64,000 nucleotides of DNA from Callorhinchus milii (lineage: Eukaryota): positions 2,294,001 through 2,358,000 of the forward strand of contig NW_024704763.1 in the NCBI RefSeq assembly GCF_018977255.1. Direction: 5' to 3'. A program made the translations under genes and the position numbers. Each line of letters begins with the position of its first letter. Within the stretch, counting starts at the first letter, position 1. A model generated the notes under the pieces. It did not search any database. It saw only the letters and a program-made list of their open reading frames with translations, and was not told where the DNA came from. Below are positions 35,601 through 62,789 of this stretch, in pieces.

Positions 35601-38600
35601 AGTTATTATCTTTCTACTCTCTGCTGAATATTTTGGGGAAGGTGAAGGGGATTTTAGCAATGATTGGAGAGTGAGCTCACTATAGCAGGTGGCATTAAGA
35701 GGCTCAGTAATAATGTGTTTTAAGGAGAGGAAATTATCCCTTTTCTGCAGTGTAAAATAGAGGGTTTATTCCACAAAGATCAATTAAGTATCTCACTATT
35801 ATTTATTACTAGTTGCGAGCTCACATTGCTTGTGATGGTCTGAATGACCTCCTTCTGTGCTGAAATTTCTACAAAGTACAACTATATGAGGCAAACCAAT
35901 GTTGTAAGGACTGAAACTAAATTTGCAATCCCCAATTTAAAAAAGAAAAATATATTAGTAAAACAAAACTAGCATCACCAAATTATTAACTATTTGAAAT
36001 AGCAACACTCTTACATACCCATGGTTGAATGTCACCACATTTTAAGTGTTGAAGAACTAATGTTAAGCAATCCACTACATCTTGGTATGAGGAAACAGCT
36101 GAATCAAAACAAACAGAAAAATGAAATGAAATGGATCATAGAGACTATTCTGTGACACTGACTACTTGTGCTTGATCTCTCAGCAGCGAGTTTATTAGAA
36201 GACTACCTACTTTTTCTCATTCTGGTCCAGAGCTGTTCTGCAAAATCAAGGTCTCCACGTTCGAGAACAAATGACGAGTGAATGTTTGAATCCACAGCAG
36301 CGGCATCGCTCTTTAATTTCTGATTGAAAAAAAATGAAGTGGAAACAAAACATACAGCAAATAAAGTGAATGGTCAGCATCACGGGCGTCCTTTAGTAAG
36401 CTAGCTTGACAGTGGAATAGTTCACTCTACATTCCAATGAAAACACTGCTGGTTTACTGTTAGACCACTGTTGTTTTTTAAGCAACTTGTAAGCAATGCT
36501 GAGACAAGTTCATCGCTATGCAAACAGACAAAAGTACTTACAAATAAAATCGAATAGTTTGGGGTTTCATTTTGCTGCAGTTACAAAAGTACTGACTGAC
36601 ACTCTTTGTAATAAGTGTAGCTGTTTAAGATCAACGTACCAATTCAATAATTCACACATCTTCCTATAACTGCACCACATACCCATCTTGATAAGGAGCA
36701 TTCCATTTACGCAAAATAAACTTGTTCTTACAGATAATGCCAATAGTTCCTGGGAACCTTTAAGACAAGTTGCCTTATTTCCAACAAATTACACAACCCA
36801 GTTCATGAGTATTTAAGTTTACCCTCTGCTTTAATAAAAGGCAATTATTTGCCTTACATACGTATTCGTATTTAAAACTCTTAACTATACTAGTGTCAGC
36901 ATTAGAAAAAAAAACCTTACCTCTGCATCCTTTTTATTTGACTGATTATGAAAGACATCCAGCTGGTTCTTTAGGTCTGTATTAAAGATGGGACACATTA
37001 CAACGTAGAAACAAATAACTTCCAGAAAACTAATGGGAAGGAATCTCTTGGCCAACGTAAAAGTGAAAAACTCCCAATATCTTAACTTTGATATTCCTCG
37101 ATTTGATAAGAACAGAAAAAATAACTCCTTAAATTAGTGTCAGTTTCCATGACATTTGAGGCTGGAACTTTGGTTTATATGGAAATGTAAACTTTACAAG
37201 TGAAATGCTTGTCCTCTGTACCTTCAATTAATTGCTGAACAACATCAACTGCACTTTTTCCTTCTAGGACTTCTGGCCATTCAGTCTCTCCTGTTTTCAA
37301 ACCTTCAGCTAAAACCTGCCGAACACATAGGCGAAGCCACATCATCATAGTTCTTCCTCAGCATCCATAAACTGTTTATATTTAAAACAAGTGCATGTCA
37401 TCTCAATAGACTTTTAATATGGAGGGTGAATTTTCAGGGTGGGCAATGTTATACATTCAGAAATGAGACCTAAGTTGGTTAAGTACAACATTTAACGAGA
37501 TTCATATTGAAATTAATATGCAATGTTTACTGATCCTATTCACTGTATAGGGTCTTTTCCCGTGTGAAGGCTAAGCAAGCAAAGCATCATTCTGGGTTGA
37601 TATTCAAAAAAACATACTTACAAGAAGAAATTCCAGCTCTTTATATATTTGGAATACAGGGCTTCTCATGTCTCCAGATTCTACTCTGATATTCTAAAAA
37701 AAACATCAAAAATAATACAATTACCCAAAAATATTCATTGGCCACATTAAAGGAAAGTTAGTGGCAAAGCTGTCTTGCTTTCTACATCAATGCAAGCTTA
37801 ACAAATGCTGATACTAAATATTTGCTTTACTTACCAGTGTGGCAGTTGATGTGAGTGGGGGAACTTCCAAGATGCTCTCCACATTGCTCCAAGTGAAATC
37901 CACCATAATAGTACTTTGAGATTCTATAACTGTGTTCTCCACTACAGTGGAACCAAACAAATCATACTGTGCATAGCACTTGGTCGTTACCTAAATGAAA
38001 GCAATAAACTATTACTTTTCATCTTGAGGCATTCAAGTTAAAAATCTACCACCCAGCTTGGCAGGGATTTATATACAGTATCCCTAAACAAACGTACACG
38101 TCTTAATAAAAGTAAAGCCATTGAAAATGAGAGAAAAAAATACCTACTGAAGAACAAGAATGTCTGTCCTTGTGAATGTTTTTCACTCTTTCTAAACTGG
38201 TGAAAGAACTCTGGTCGACAATTGGTCCTAAAGGAATTTTAAATAAATAAATAATAATAATAATAATCAAAATGTAAAACAAATGACTTCCAGTATAATC
38301 CTTTAAATATGAAAAATTGCCAGGAAAAGGGTGTGAGCACATTAGGTACAGAACAATACGGTCTAACGACTATTCTCTAATCAAACATTACTGCAGTGAT
38401 ATTTAACGCCTTCCTAATAAGTCTAGTGAGTAAAGACACCTACTGGTGCTGCACTGCAATTTCAACGAAAATCATGGGATTAAATATCAGTCTGTACTGA
38501 GTTAGTTGATATCAACCATGGTCTTATTGCCAAATGATAACGCAAACTGCAAGCAGTGAATTCAACCGTCCAAAGCCTTTCTTATAACCGTACTTTGATG

Positions 38601-40945
38601 TCAATTCAATAACATGTTTTAAAGTAGATGGAAATAAAATTAGTAAAGGTATTGAAATACATTACTTCACTGTGAAACTGAAATAGGAGCAATTAAAACA
38701 AAGTATTCATGACCCATCTGCCTTTCGTGAAGTCTTACCATTGCATGTAACTATATGGAAAACCATTGCTGTAACGACATCCCTAGGTTTAAGAGGTTCA
38801 GCTCCCAGCCAAACAATGCCTTCAGGATCAGAGCCATCACATCTAACCCACAGCAGTGGGAGTGCAACAGATGTGCTGCAATTGACCAGTTGGGACATAT
38901 TTGGATTGTGGGCCAGAGCATACCAAGAAATCAACTGCCTACAAAGAAAGGAAAGAAACAGATAACTGTTAGAAGTACAAGACGAATATACATTGACTGT
39001 ATATACTAGGCATGTAACAAATATCACTGGTTCATGACACTATTTCAGCTATTACCTTGCCTTCATGACCGAGAGTGGCAATGGCCCGGATTTTTCTGTT
39101 AGCTTGAAAGGAGATCCATTGCTTGTTTCAGTCGTGTGAGACTCCTCCACTTCATCCTCATCTACTTTTAATGGCTGTGAGAAAGCAGAGATTAGGTCAT
39201 TCCAGTCCACTGCACTTAATTGCGCAATTAATTTAATTTTTTAAAAAAACATACTTACTGGTCTTTCTGCTATAATTATTGGGAAATTTCCATTCCAGAA
39301 TGAACGTAAGGGATTTCTGCTCTCTTCGGATATGATCTGCACATGGACCTCATCCTACAAATCAAACCAAATATTGAAGATCAGTCACCAAAATTATATT
39401 CAACCTTGATCTCTAAACAATTAACCATTAAATCAGTGGTGAAGCTGAGATGGTGCAGTATCACGAGATTTTAATCAGAAATTCTGTCAGGGTACCAGGA
39501 ATACTCTTTCCGCCTGATTTAGATATTTAAAAAAAAATTAAATGATTTTACTTTACATATTTTATCAGCCAACAAGAATAACCCAAGCCTCAAAGGCAAA
39601 ATACCTTGTACAACACTGGCTCCTTCGATGTCCCTTTCTTGCCTTGATCACACAATCTGAAAAAATAAATAGCTGAGGTAAGTTAATGTGATATTTGGTA
39701 TTTCTGGAATAATGAGATCAAATTGACCAAAAATCATTCAAACTGCTAGTGCGCTATAATACAAGGCAGACTTAAGTGCTGTAGATGTGGACTCAATCCT
39801 GCAAATCAAAGCCCTTTTGGATAAGGCAGAGTTACCTGGAGAAGCATTACGCCTGGTTCGAGCAAACGTTAAAGACGCCGAAGCACAACTCAAAAAAGAG
39901 AAGGGAGCTTTTCTGCCCCGTGTCCTGGCCAACCATTCCACCGATAAAATGGCTCGTTCAGTTCATGGCTGTTTGTGGTACTTTGCTGCGTGCAAATTTG
40001 ACAGCCACGTTCGCTTACAAAACACACAACCACTGCGCTTTACAGTAAAATCCTGTGAAGGGCTTTGCGACGTCCTCTTGACGCGAAAGGCGCCCTGTCA
40101 AACGCAAAGACTATCGCTACTGTTGTATCATCATTGCCCGGCGGGTCTATCACGGCTGCTGCACAAGGGGTTTGTTCACAACAAGATGACCTGTGTATAG
40201 CGCCTTTCACGTCGGGAGGACGTCCCGAGGCGCTGGACAGAGTACAGCATTTCAGACCCGAACTGGGGTCAGGGAGTGGATAAGGGAGGGAAGGGGAAGG
40301 TGGGTGGGGGTGGCTGATGGCATGGTCGAAGAGGAGGGTCTTGGGGGGGGGGGGTACGGGGGGGACTTGAAGGAGGCTAAGGATGTGGGGGGGGGCGCGA
40401 GGCGGAGTGACCGGGCGATGGAATTCCAGAGGTTGGGGGCGGGAGTGGCCGAAGGCTCATTGAACGCTTGGATTGGAGAAGCTTTTCAAAGAGCCGGCAC
40501 CGACGCCACGAGCCGCCACGCGACGAGACGCCACGAGACAAGACGCCACGCGAGACGCCACGCGACGAGACGCCACGCGGCGACGAGACGCCACGAGACA
40601 AGACGCCACGCGACGAGACGCCACGCGACGAGACGCCACGCGACGAGACGCCACGCGACGAGACGCCTCCTTCTGCGCCGTACAGTTCGCCGCCCCGGCC
40701 GCGGTCGGCCTGTTTCGCCCAACGGCCTCCCGCGTCAATCCGGTTCGCGGCGGGTTTCTCCCGTGAAGAAGCCCTTTGAGAGACGTCTTCCACGGCACGA
40801 TAAGGGGCGGCCTCAAGTGCAAGGCTCATCGTGATGATGATGATGATGGTTATTATGATGATGATGATGATCATCATCATCACTACACTTACTCCAGCAG
40901 AAACGTGTGGAAGTCTCGGGCGGCCTGAAGACCCGCAGCCGCCAT
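32689..40945 (-). CDS. ZWILCH: Protein zwilch homolog, RZZ kinetochore complex (about 598 aa)
   Basis: 18 coding exons: 40945-40893, 39656-39605, 39354-39259, 39174-39056, 38938-38739, 38227-38148, 37990-37835, 37693-37622, 37315-37222, 36976-36921, 36319-36211, 36098-36019, 35212-35056, 34822-34794, 34649-34513, 34090-33995, 33388-33270, 32780-32689. Motifs [42 protein letters not shown]. Phases consistent. Confidence 0.94.
40178..40460 (-). mobile_element. L2-type LINE 3' fragment in ZWILCH intron 1
   Basis: Reverse complement of the L2 3' end seen at about 8600-8893. Confidence 0.75.
40501..40666. repeat. CpG-rich 15-bp minisatellite (gacgccacgcgacga)
   Basis: Directly visible tandem units. 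Confidence 0.93.
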
Positions 40946-41714
40946 CGCCTGGTTTGGGTTTGAGAAACCCGCCCCACGATTTTCCTCTGAACACCGACCG
41001 CTGTTTCTGAGGGGAATTTGGATCAAAAACCGTATTGGTTTTCAAATGCACCTCAAAACCGAACAGCCCGCGCGCGCGCTTCCCGCCCACCGGCTCGGCC
41101 CCGCCTCCCGCCCCGGGCCCGCGCGTCACATCCGCCGGAAACCAACGCCGATATTTCAATCAACCTTTTTTTTAAAACTTTTTTTTAAAAAAAAAGCCGA
41201 AACTGATATCTTAACATAAATTAATTCCTCTCTCTCTCTCTCTCTCTCTCTCTCCCCCCTTCACCTCCAAAAAAAAAAACGTACCGTTTAAACGGAATGA
41301 AAACCCGGCCACGCGACGACCGACCGACCGACCGCCAGACAGCTCTCGCGCGCGCGTCTCACTCCGCGAAAAAAAAATAGTCCGCGCCGCGCTCGAGGTC
41401 GGTTTGGACAAAGAATTCAGAGAGTTTTTGTCCCGATATCTTTTTTTTTTCGAAGGCGCGTCGTGTTTTGAGTGTCTCTGTGTGTGTTTTTTCTCGGGAA
41501 AGAGAGAGAGGAGAGAGTTTGAGGAGTGGGGGGGGGGGGGTCGGTGGCCGTTGGGCGCTTTGTGTGTGTGTGGGGGGGAGGGGAGGGGGAGGAAGTAGTG
41601 CCGGCGGCGGGATGTTATAAAGCGAGTGGCGGTGAAGCGTCCTTCCTTTTCCTTCCGTGGCCGCCATCCCGGGAGCGGAGTCGGGGCAGTGGCGAGCCGT
41701 GAAGAACCCACAAA
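40946..41714. promoter_or_regulatory. Bidirectional CpG-island promoter ZWILCH (-) / RPL4 (+)
   Basis: ZWILCH side: attgg 41034-41038, ttcaaa 41041-41046 (CHR TTTGAA on -), E2F-like ttcccgcc 41080-41087. RPL4 side: ggaagt 41591, tataaa 41616-41621, polypyrimidine TCT/5'TOP tract cttccttttccttcc 41642-41656, YY1-like ccgccat 41661. Confidence 0.75.
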
Positions 41715-49122
<7,408 letters not shown>

Positions 49123-49557
49123 AACTAGATGAGGGACTGGTTCACGGACCTCTCTTGGAATGGCATTTGCATTAAATTCAAATAAAAATATATTTAAAAA
49201 AAGTTTTCTGAAATTTGTAGCTGATTTATTTTATGTAAATACAGTATAGGCCAGAGGCTGTTTGTGACCCAGATGGTCTAATGTTTCAGTCTTGACCACC
49301 CCATTCCACAATATAGCTGTATGCAATTAATGACATGGGTTGATGGGTTTTGTTGCCCAAACCCTCGTACTTAATTGGTTGGTTTTTTCCAACAAAAGTC
49401 TGTTACAGACTTGTTAAAGAATGATTGAAAACAAGTGGAAGGTAGAGTATGTTGGGATGAGATTACATGTGTAAAAGTCCTTTGTTGGAACCTTTACGCT
49501 CTTGTTCAGATATCTACAAAACAGACGAAAGAAGCTGAAGTTTTAGGTTTTTGTACA

Positions 49558-49563
49558 TTTATT
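49558..49563 (-). terminator. Probable MAP2K1 polyadenylation signal
   Basis: tttatt (AATAAA on -) about 2.5 kb past the MAP2K1 stop, before the convergent RPL4 3' end. Confidence 0.55.
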
Positions 49564-52113
49564 GCAACATTCAATTGATGAAAATATTAGCAGGAACACA
49601 AAAAGCTCTCTAAATTGCACAGTTTCACATTACACACTATTTTCTCATCGTATTTGGTCTAAAGAAAGATTGTCTGGTTTAGTGTACTGCACATCTTGCA
49701 TCCTTAAGTGTTGCAACGTGATTTTTTTTCCCCTAAAGATTTTTAATATAAAATTCAATTTCCTGTTGAATTACTCGAGACCTATGTCAATTACATTTTA
49801 ACAAGGCAGAAATGTAAGTAGTCTTGCCATCAAGGCTCCTTTCACAGAGGGAGTCTCACCTGAGTGTGGGCACAGGCTGCTGTATCAGCAAAGTAATATG
49901 AACTGCAAATCCCAATTAGATTTTTTTTTTAAAAAATCAGCTGCACTATGGAGAGAATCCAAAGGATCCCAGGTTACATCTTTTAATGACCAGTTTGGTG
50001 CACAAGGAAGCCAGTTACCAAGGGAGAGACCAAGAAAAAGAGGACAGAAAAACATTTAGTCTTAGCCAAAAAAAAAATAGAAGGGAGAATCCTCTAAACA
50101 TTAAATCGAAAGCACTCCCCCAGTGACTCTCGGCCATCGGCAACTGTGCGGCTGAGCCACACTCAGTGACTGGTGGTCGGTGCTGAAATGGCAGCAGTGG
50201 AGATGTCAGACCATCTACAGTATAGTCAATCCTGTTTTGGTGGCAAAGGGAAAAGATAGTTTATTCTTTCCTGGCACAGAGGTTAGAATGGGTGGTGGAT
50301 TTTATTTTTTTGCAGTTTTATGTGTGGGTATGTGTATATATATATATTACATATACACGATTGAAAAATCCCACCAGATCCAAACACAAACCGAGCTCTG
50401 TCTTGTCTGTCCTGCCATAACCGATTCTTTCGGTTTCACAAAAATAACTAATTTCAAATCGGCCGTAACCAAACAGTCTGGGCACGTGATGCCCACGGAC
50501 AATAATAATAGCAATCCTAGCATTTGATATAGCGCTTTTCACGCCTGTTAGACGTCTCAAAGCGCTTCACAGAATACACTAAAGTGAACCGACTGTATAT
50601 TTTGTACGCGAAACGCGGCAGCCGATTGCAGCAAACCGTCGTGGATTGAGTGACCACAAATTGTTGTTGTTATTTATTATTATTGTTGATGACTGTTGTC
50701 CCAGGCAGCTCTGCATCTCAAAAGAGGCATCAAACCCAGAAAGCCGGCAGCTGGAAGCAGTGCCTTTGCCTCGCCGGCAGGCGGCGCCGTTTCACTCTTA
50801 ACGATGAAACCGTTCAAACGGAAACCTGCAAAAGTTCCCAAACTTACATGGACTCACACTCGTTCCCCAGGAAAATTCAGCCTTAAAACTGGAAGTCGGT
50901 TATTTTCGTGAACTGCAACAAAAAAAAGAGAAAAAAAAAAAGGGGGGCTTCCAGATAAAGATTGAATTTCGACAACTTTCCATAACAAGAGGCCGGTCGC
51001 CAAGGTGGCATTGCGGCAGGAACTTTCCCCACAGCAAGCACAGGAAATGGTTAATTGACTACTGTAAGCATGTCGGACAATCCCTCGACCTCCCTGGAGA
51101 TAAGGCGTCGGACAGCAAATCTCTCCGTCGCGGTCAATGACCGTTCGCTCGCAGAGCAGGAACAACACCCGCTTTGAATTTGGCCTCGGTTTGTGCGCAC
51201 GACGTTAAAGTAACGGAGAGGAATTGGCAGCGAGACTCCAAGGGATGTGGCCACGAGTGTTCAATGCACCTTGGTGCTGGGTGGGTAATTGTAGTGGGGA
51301 GGGGGGGGGGTGGATGGAGGGGGAGAATGTCCAATGTGTTGGGTGAATTAACGTGTTGCAGCAGAAGTGCTGGGATGAGATTTCTGGCCTCCGCTCTGGC
51401 CATACATTGAGTTTCCTATCTCTGTCGGTTCATTTCGGTGGGGCTCATAAGCAAAGGCTCGCTGGGAAGGAGAGGGAACCAGCCATCAACCGTGGCCATC
51501 TTCACACTGCTCCCAGTCCAGCAGCAGGTTGGAAAGTGACATTGAGAAAAGCCGAGGAGCAGATTGTCCAACCAGCCACCTCGACAGGCCGGCCAGTAAA
51601 TGGGTAGGAGTATATAATTTGGTTGGGAGTTTGCAATACCTATTAGCAGTCCAGTGCAAGAGCTTGTTTAATCCCACCCCAAAAATCAGCTCCCAATTAT
51701 TATAGTATTAACTTAAAGATCCCTCTCTCCACCAGTGTCCCTGCCCTCCCCGAGGGGAACATGATGCCCAACAAATTGTTCACTCGCCGAGTGAATCATC
51801 TCTCACTTTTACCGGCTTAGAAGGGAACCATCGAGTCTCATTATTCGCCTTTTCTCATCTCTAATGGAGACAAAGATACCTCCCTCCACAGGCAGGTTCT
51901 TACTAACTAAGGCAAATGACCTGAAACAGACATCCTTCCTTTTTTTTAAAAAAAATATCCAACGTGACAACAATCAATCAATCAATGGGACAGGAGCGTT
52001 AGTGACTGAGGTAAAGGGTTAGCAGAAAACAATCATGAGATCATCGCATGTTAAAGAGAGAGACAGAGAGAGAGAGAGAGAAAAAGTAAAAGGTTTAGCT
52101 CGGTCCCAGGGAC

Positions 52114-59068
<6,955 letters not shown>

Positions 59069-62000
59069 TCAGGAGGATGTCCCAAGGCACAGGACAGTCA
59101 AGGATCCGCACCCGAGCTGGCGATTGGGATCCGGAGAGGTGGTTGGTGGGGGGGGGGGGGTGGCGTGGTGGGGTAGGAGGGTGATTGAAGCGACAGGGAC
59201 CCTTTAAGGTCAAACAGAACTGAACGTTAAACTATCCCGAGCTGTGAAGCGGGTTAAATCACGTTGGAGCCTGCAAATCTGTCTGGCCTGAGGATTGGGT
59301 GTTGGTGGATAGGAACTCAGTCCTTTGAAGACTTTGCATTCTCGCCACCATTGGCTTCCAGTTCAGGCAAATTGTGGCCTCATCATAGAAACACCCTACG
59401 CGGCCACTTTCAGTACGGAAGGAGAACTATTCGGCCCTCTCTACATCACCGCTAATTGTTTTTCCAAACTCCCCCTTTTTTTAATCCCGGAATCCCTCAC
59501 ACCCTCACTTGCCTCCTTCAAGGCCTGTCTCAAGACCTTCCTCTATGACCACGCCATCAGCCAAATTCCCACCCCTAACCTAAATGGAAGCCCCCCCGCT
59601 CCCCCCGAATGTTCAAACGTGGGAAAGGATATGACAATGACTGCCACAGAGCTCCAGTGTGAAGCGCTTTGACACATCTCAACGACATGATAAGGCGCTA
59701 TATGAAATGCAAGGATTCTAGGATTATTAATTATTACAATGTTGGAGGAGAGATCATCTCTCTGTTAGAAATAGTGCTTAAAGCAGGGAGGTCAAGATAA
59801 AAGGGAACGCAATACAAAATATGTTTTTTTAAAAAAAAAGAAAATTAGCAATTTAAACTCTTTAAGGGACGTACATTATTTTTCTCTCTCTTTTCAAATA
59901 TTCTCTCCGCTGAGAGGAGAAAGGTTTTTTTTTTCGCCTCCAAACTAACCATTTCTACTCATGTTTGGTACAAAGGATTCTTTCTTTCATATGTAAACAC
60001 TGGAATTGGATAAATCCCACTTCAACTCGAGTTCGTTTCTGTCTGTCAGCACAGCCAGCGTGCTGCTGCCACGAATATATTCACCCCACTATTGTTCAGG
60101 GCACACAGCAGTACTGAGCAACATCATTCAGCAAGTCACGATCTGCTAATGGACTGTATCTAATTTATCTCAAGTTTGTTAGGTGAAGGAAGTCTTGCTT
60201 AATTAATTGATTCATTAAGAGTAAACTATTTTCACTTCTGGCTGTGCTGTCCTGAGTGTCTCTGGGTGCCACAGTAAAACCCTCCCACCCGGCTTTCGCC
60301 GGGTTCCCCAGAGCTCGGAGTACCTTGCTCTTCTCCGACTTGCTTTGCTCAATAGGGAAAGGAAAGGGGGCACGAGTAGGGCAATCCCATTGTCCAATCT
60401 CACATGATCCCGAGAGAGATTCGGATAAACCCGACTCTCGATTTCACCCCTCCAGAATCCCCATCCTTCCATCCTCCAATCAACAACAACAACAACAATT
60501 AAAGCATCGCACTACTTCCATAATGAAGTCACTTGCCTGAAATCGCCCCTTGCTGCTGCCAACCTGTATCATCAGTTGATTACAAACTGTGTAAAGAAAA
60601 ACTTGCTGGTGTCCATCTGTCCTAAACCTACACTTCTAAACCAACCGGGAGCAGGAACCCTGGCTGATTTTCTCCCCTCTTTCCTGCCTGTGTGACACTG
60701 AGATTTAGGCCACTTAACAGCTGCCCCAGTAGCAGTACATGGCATTATCTCTCTCTCCAACAGTACAGTAAACCTCACATAAGTCATATCACTTGGGACC
60801 ACACATTTTTAATATGACTTATGCAAAGTTTGAGTTACGTCAAACTTGCATAGAATATAAACTGTTGAACTGGACTTGGGCAGATGTACGACTGAGGCGA
60901 TTATACGGTTTATACAGATTAGATTTATACAAGTGTTACTGTACTTCCTTCCTTCCATTCTTTAAAGATCAGAGACTGGGCCTATGAAGGAATGATGACC
61001 GGGAGGGAGACTGCCTCACCAGTCAGCACACTATTCCTCTGTGCACTTTTTTGGGGGCCCGAGTTACGAGCTCGAGGACTTTACTTGTTCTGCGTAATTT
61101 CATTTGAAACACAAACACCGAAAATATTTTTTTAATGTCGACAAAACCAGATGATTATCATCACATCTTTTCATTCCGCCGAAAACCTACGCTTTCAAAA
61201 TGCAAAACGCTTTGGCTGATGGTAAAGGGGGAATACAAGTCATTGTCAGGGTTCCAGGAAAGAGTTGGGAGTTACCATGGAAACTCCGAACAGAAGGCTT
61301 TAAGGAGAAAGAGAGAGAGAGAAAATTGCAAAGCGTTTTGAAATCTTCCTTTTTGATGCAGCCGTTAAGGTTTTTATTTTCATTCGACGTTTGCTTTTTT
61401 GAAAAAAAAAACGAAATGGGAGTGGGGGGAGAGGGGTGAGGAGCTGGCCACACCCACACTGGCGGGTGGAGCTGGTGCATTTAAGAGGAATATAATAATA
61501 ATAAAAATAATAATAATCCTTGCATTTGATATAGTGCCTTCTCGTGTCATTGCGACATCTCAAAGAGCTCCTCAGAATATATTGTAATGTCGATTGACTG
61601 TGTATTTTGTGGGTGGAACGTGGCAGCCAATTGCCAGGGATTGAACCCACAACCTTCCGACTCAAGAGGTGAAAGTGCTATTGATTGAGCCGGGCTGACA
61701 GGCCTGATAGTCTATTCCATGGTGTCCAACTCAACCTTCACTTTGGATGTAAATTTCTAGGACTCTGAGCATGATTATTATTAATTATTAATAATAATCC
61801 TTGCCTTTGGTACAGCTCCTTATCTCAAAGCGCTTCACAGAAGATACTATACAGTGAATTGACTGCATATCTTGTGGGCGAAATGAATTATCCCCTCGAG
61901 GGACAGATCAGAACCCCCTCCCCACCTGTGCTGAGTTATCTGATCGCTCACTGATTACTGTACAGATAAACCACGCACACAGTACATTCCCTATTACGAG

Positions 62001-62167
62001 ACACTGACCCGATTCAACACATTATGACTATTATTATTTATGACCCAAGACAGCTGTTTGTCTGCTGTGAGCTCTTCGCTGGGTTTCTACATGCCTGCAG
62101 GAATGCGAACAGATATTTTTTGGTGGAAAGAAATGGTAAACCTCTTGGTATGTCTGCACACGTCTGC

Positions 62168-62201
<34 letters not shown>

Positions 62202-62789
62202 TGCAGTGCTAAGTGCACTAAAAGGTTTCACAACATACGAGTATGTCACCAGGGCAGGGCAATGGTTTACAGACCTTACAAAGGCCTGACTCATCACCCA
62301 GCGCCTAGAAGTGATGCCCTCAAGGCGGATGAAAAAGGAGTCGGTTTTATATAATGTTCTGACCCCCTTATCCTGAAAGCTATCATAGGTGATCGCTTTA
62401 ACCTGCCCCCACCCCCCCCATTCCCCTGCCTGCCCCACACGCGCTAACACATACACACACACAAGATCCCCACCCCTTCCACCTCCTCTCCTCTTCTGAA
62501 TGCGGTGGAGTTCCACAATCACTGAGGATAATAATGATAATAATCCTTGCATTCGATACAGCGCCTTATCACGTCGTTGAGACGTCTCAAAGCGCTTCGC
62601 AGGAAAATCCCCCCTAAGTCACACACACACACAGAGTCAAACCTCCCACAAGCTACAGGGAGGTGAAAAAGTAGCTTCCAAACAGCAGCCATTCTGTGGG
62701 AGATTATTGCTGTGAAAGGGAGAGGGGAAAGGAGAGAGAGAGAGAGAGAGGAGCACAGTCTTTCAGGTCCAGTTGCAATCATAAATTGA

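Noticed and set aside
40193-41159. RHATR/DETPR/RGVSS repeat ORFs, and the 15-bp array as a CRISPR-like locus
   Set aside because: Translations of a tandem minisatellite with no unique spacers, in a vertebrate intron.
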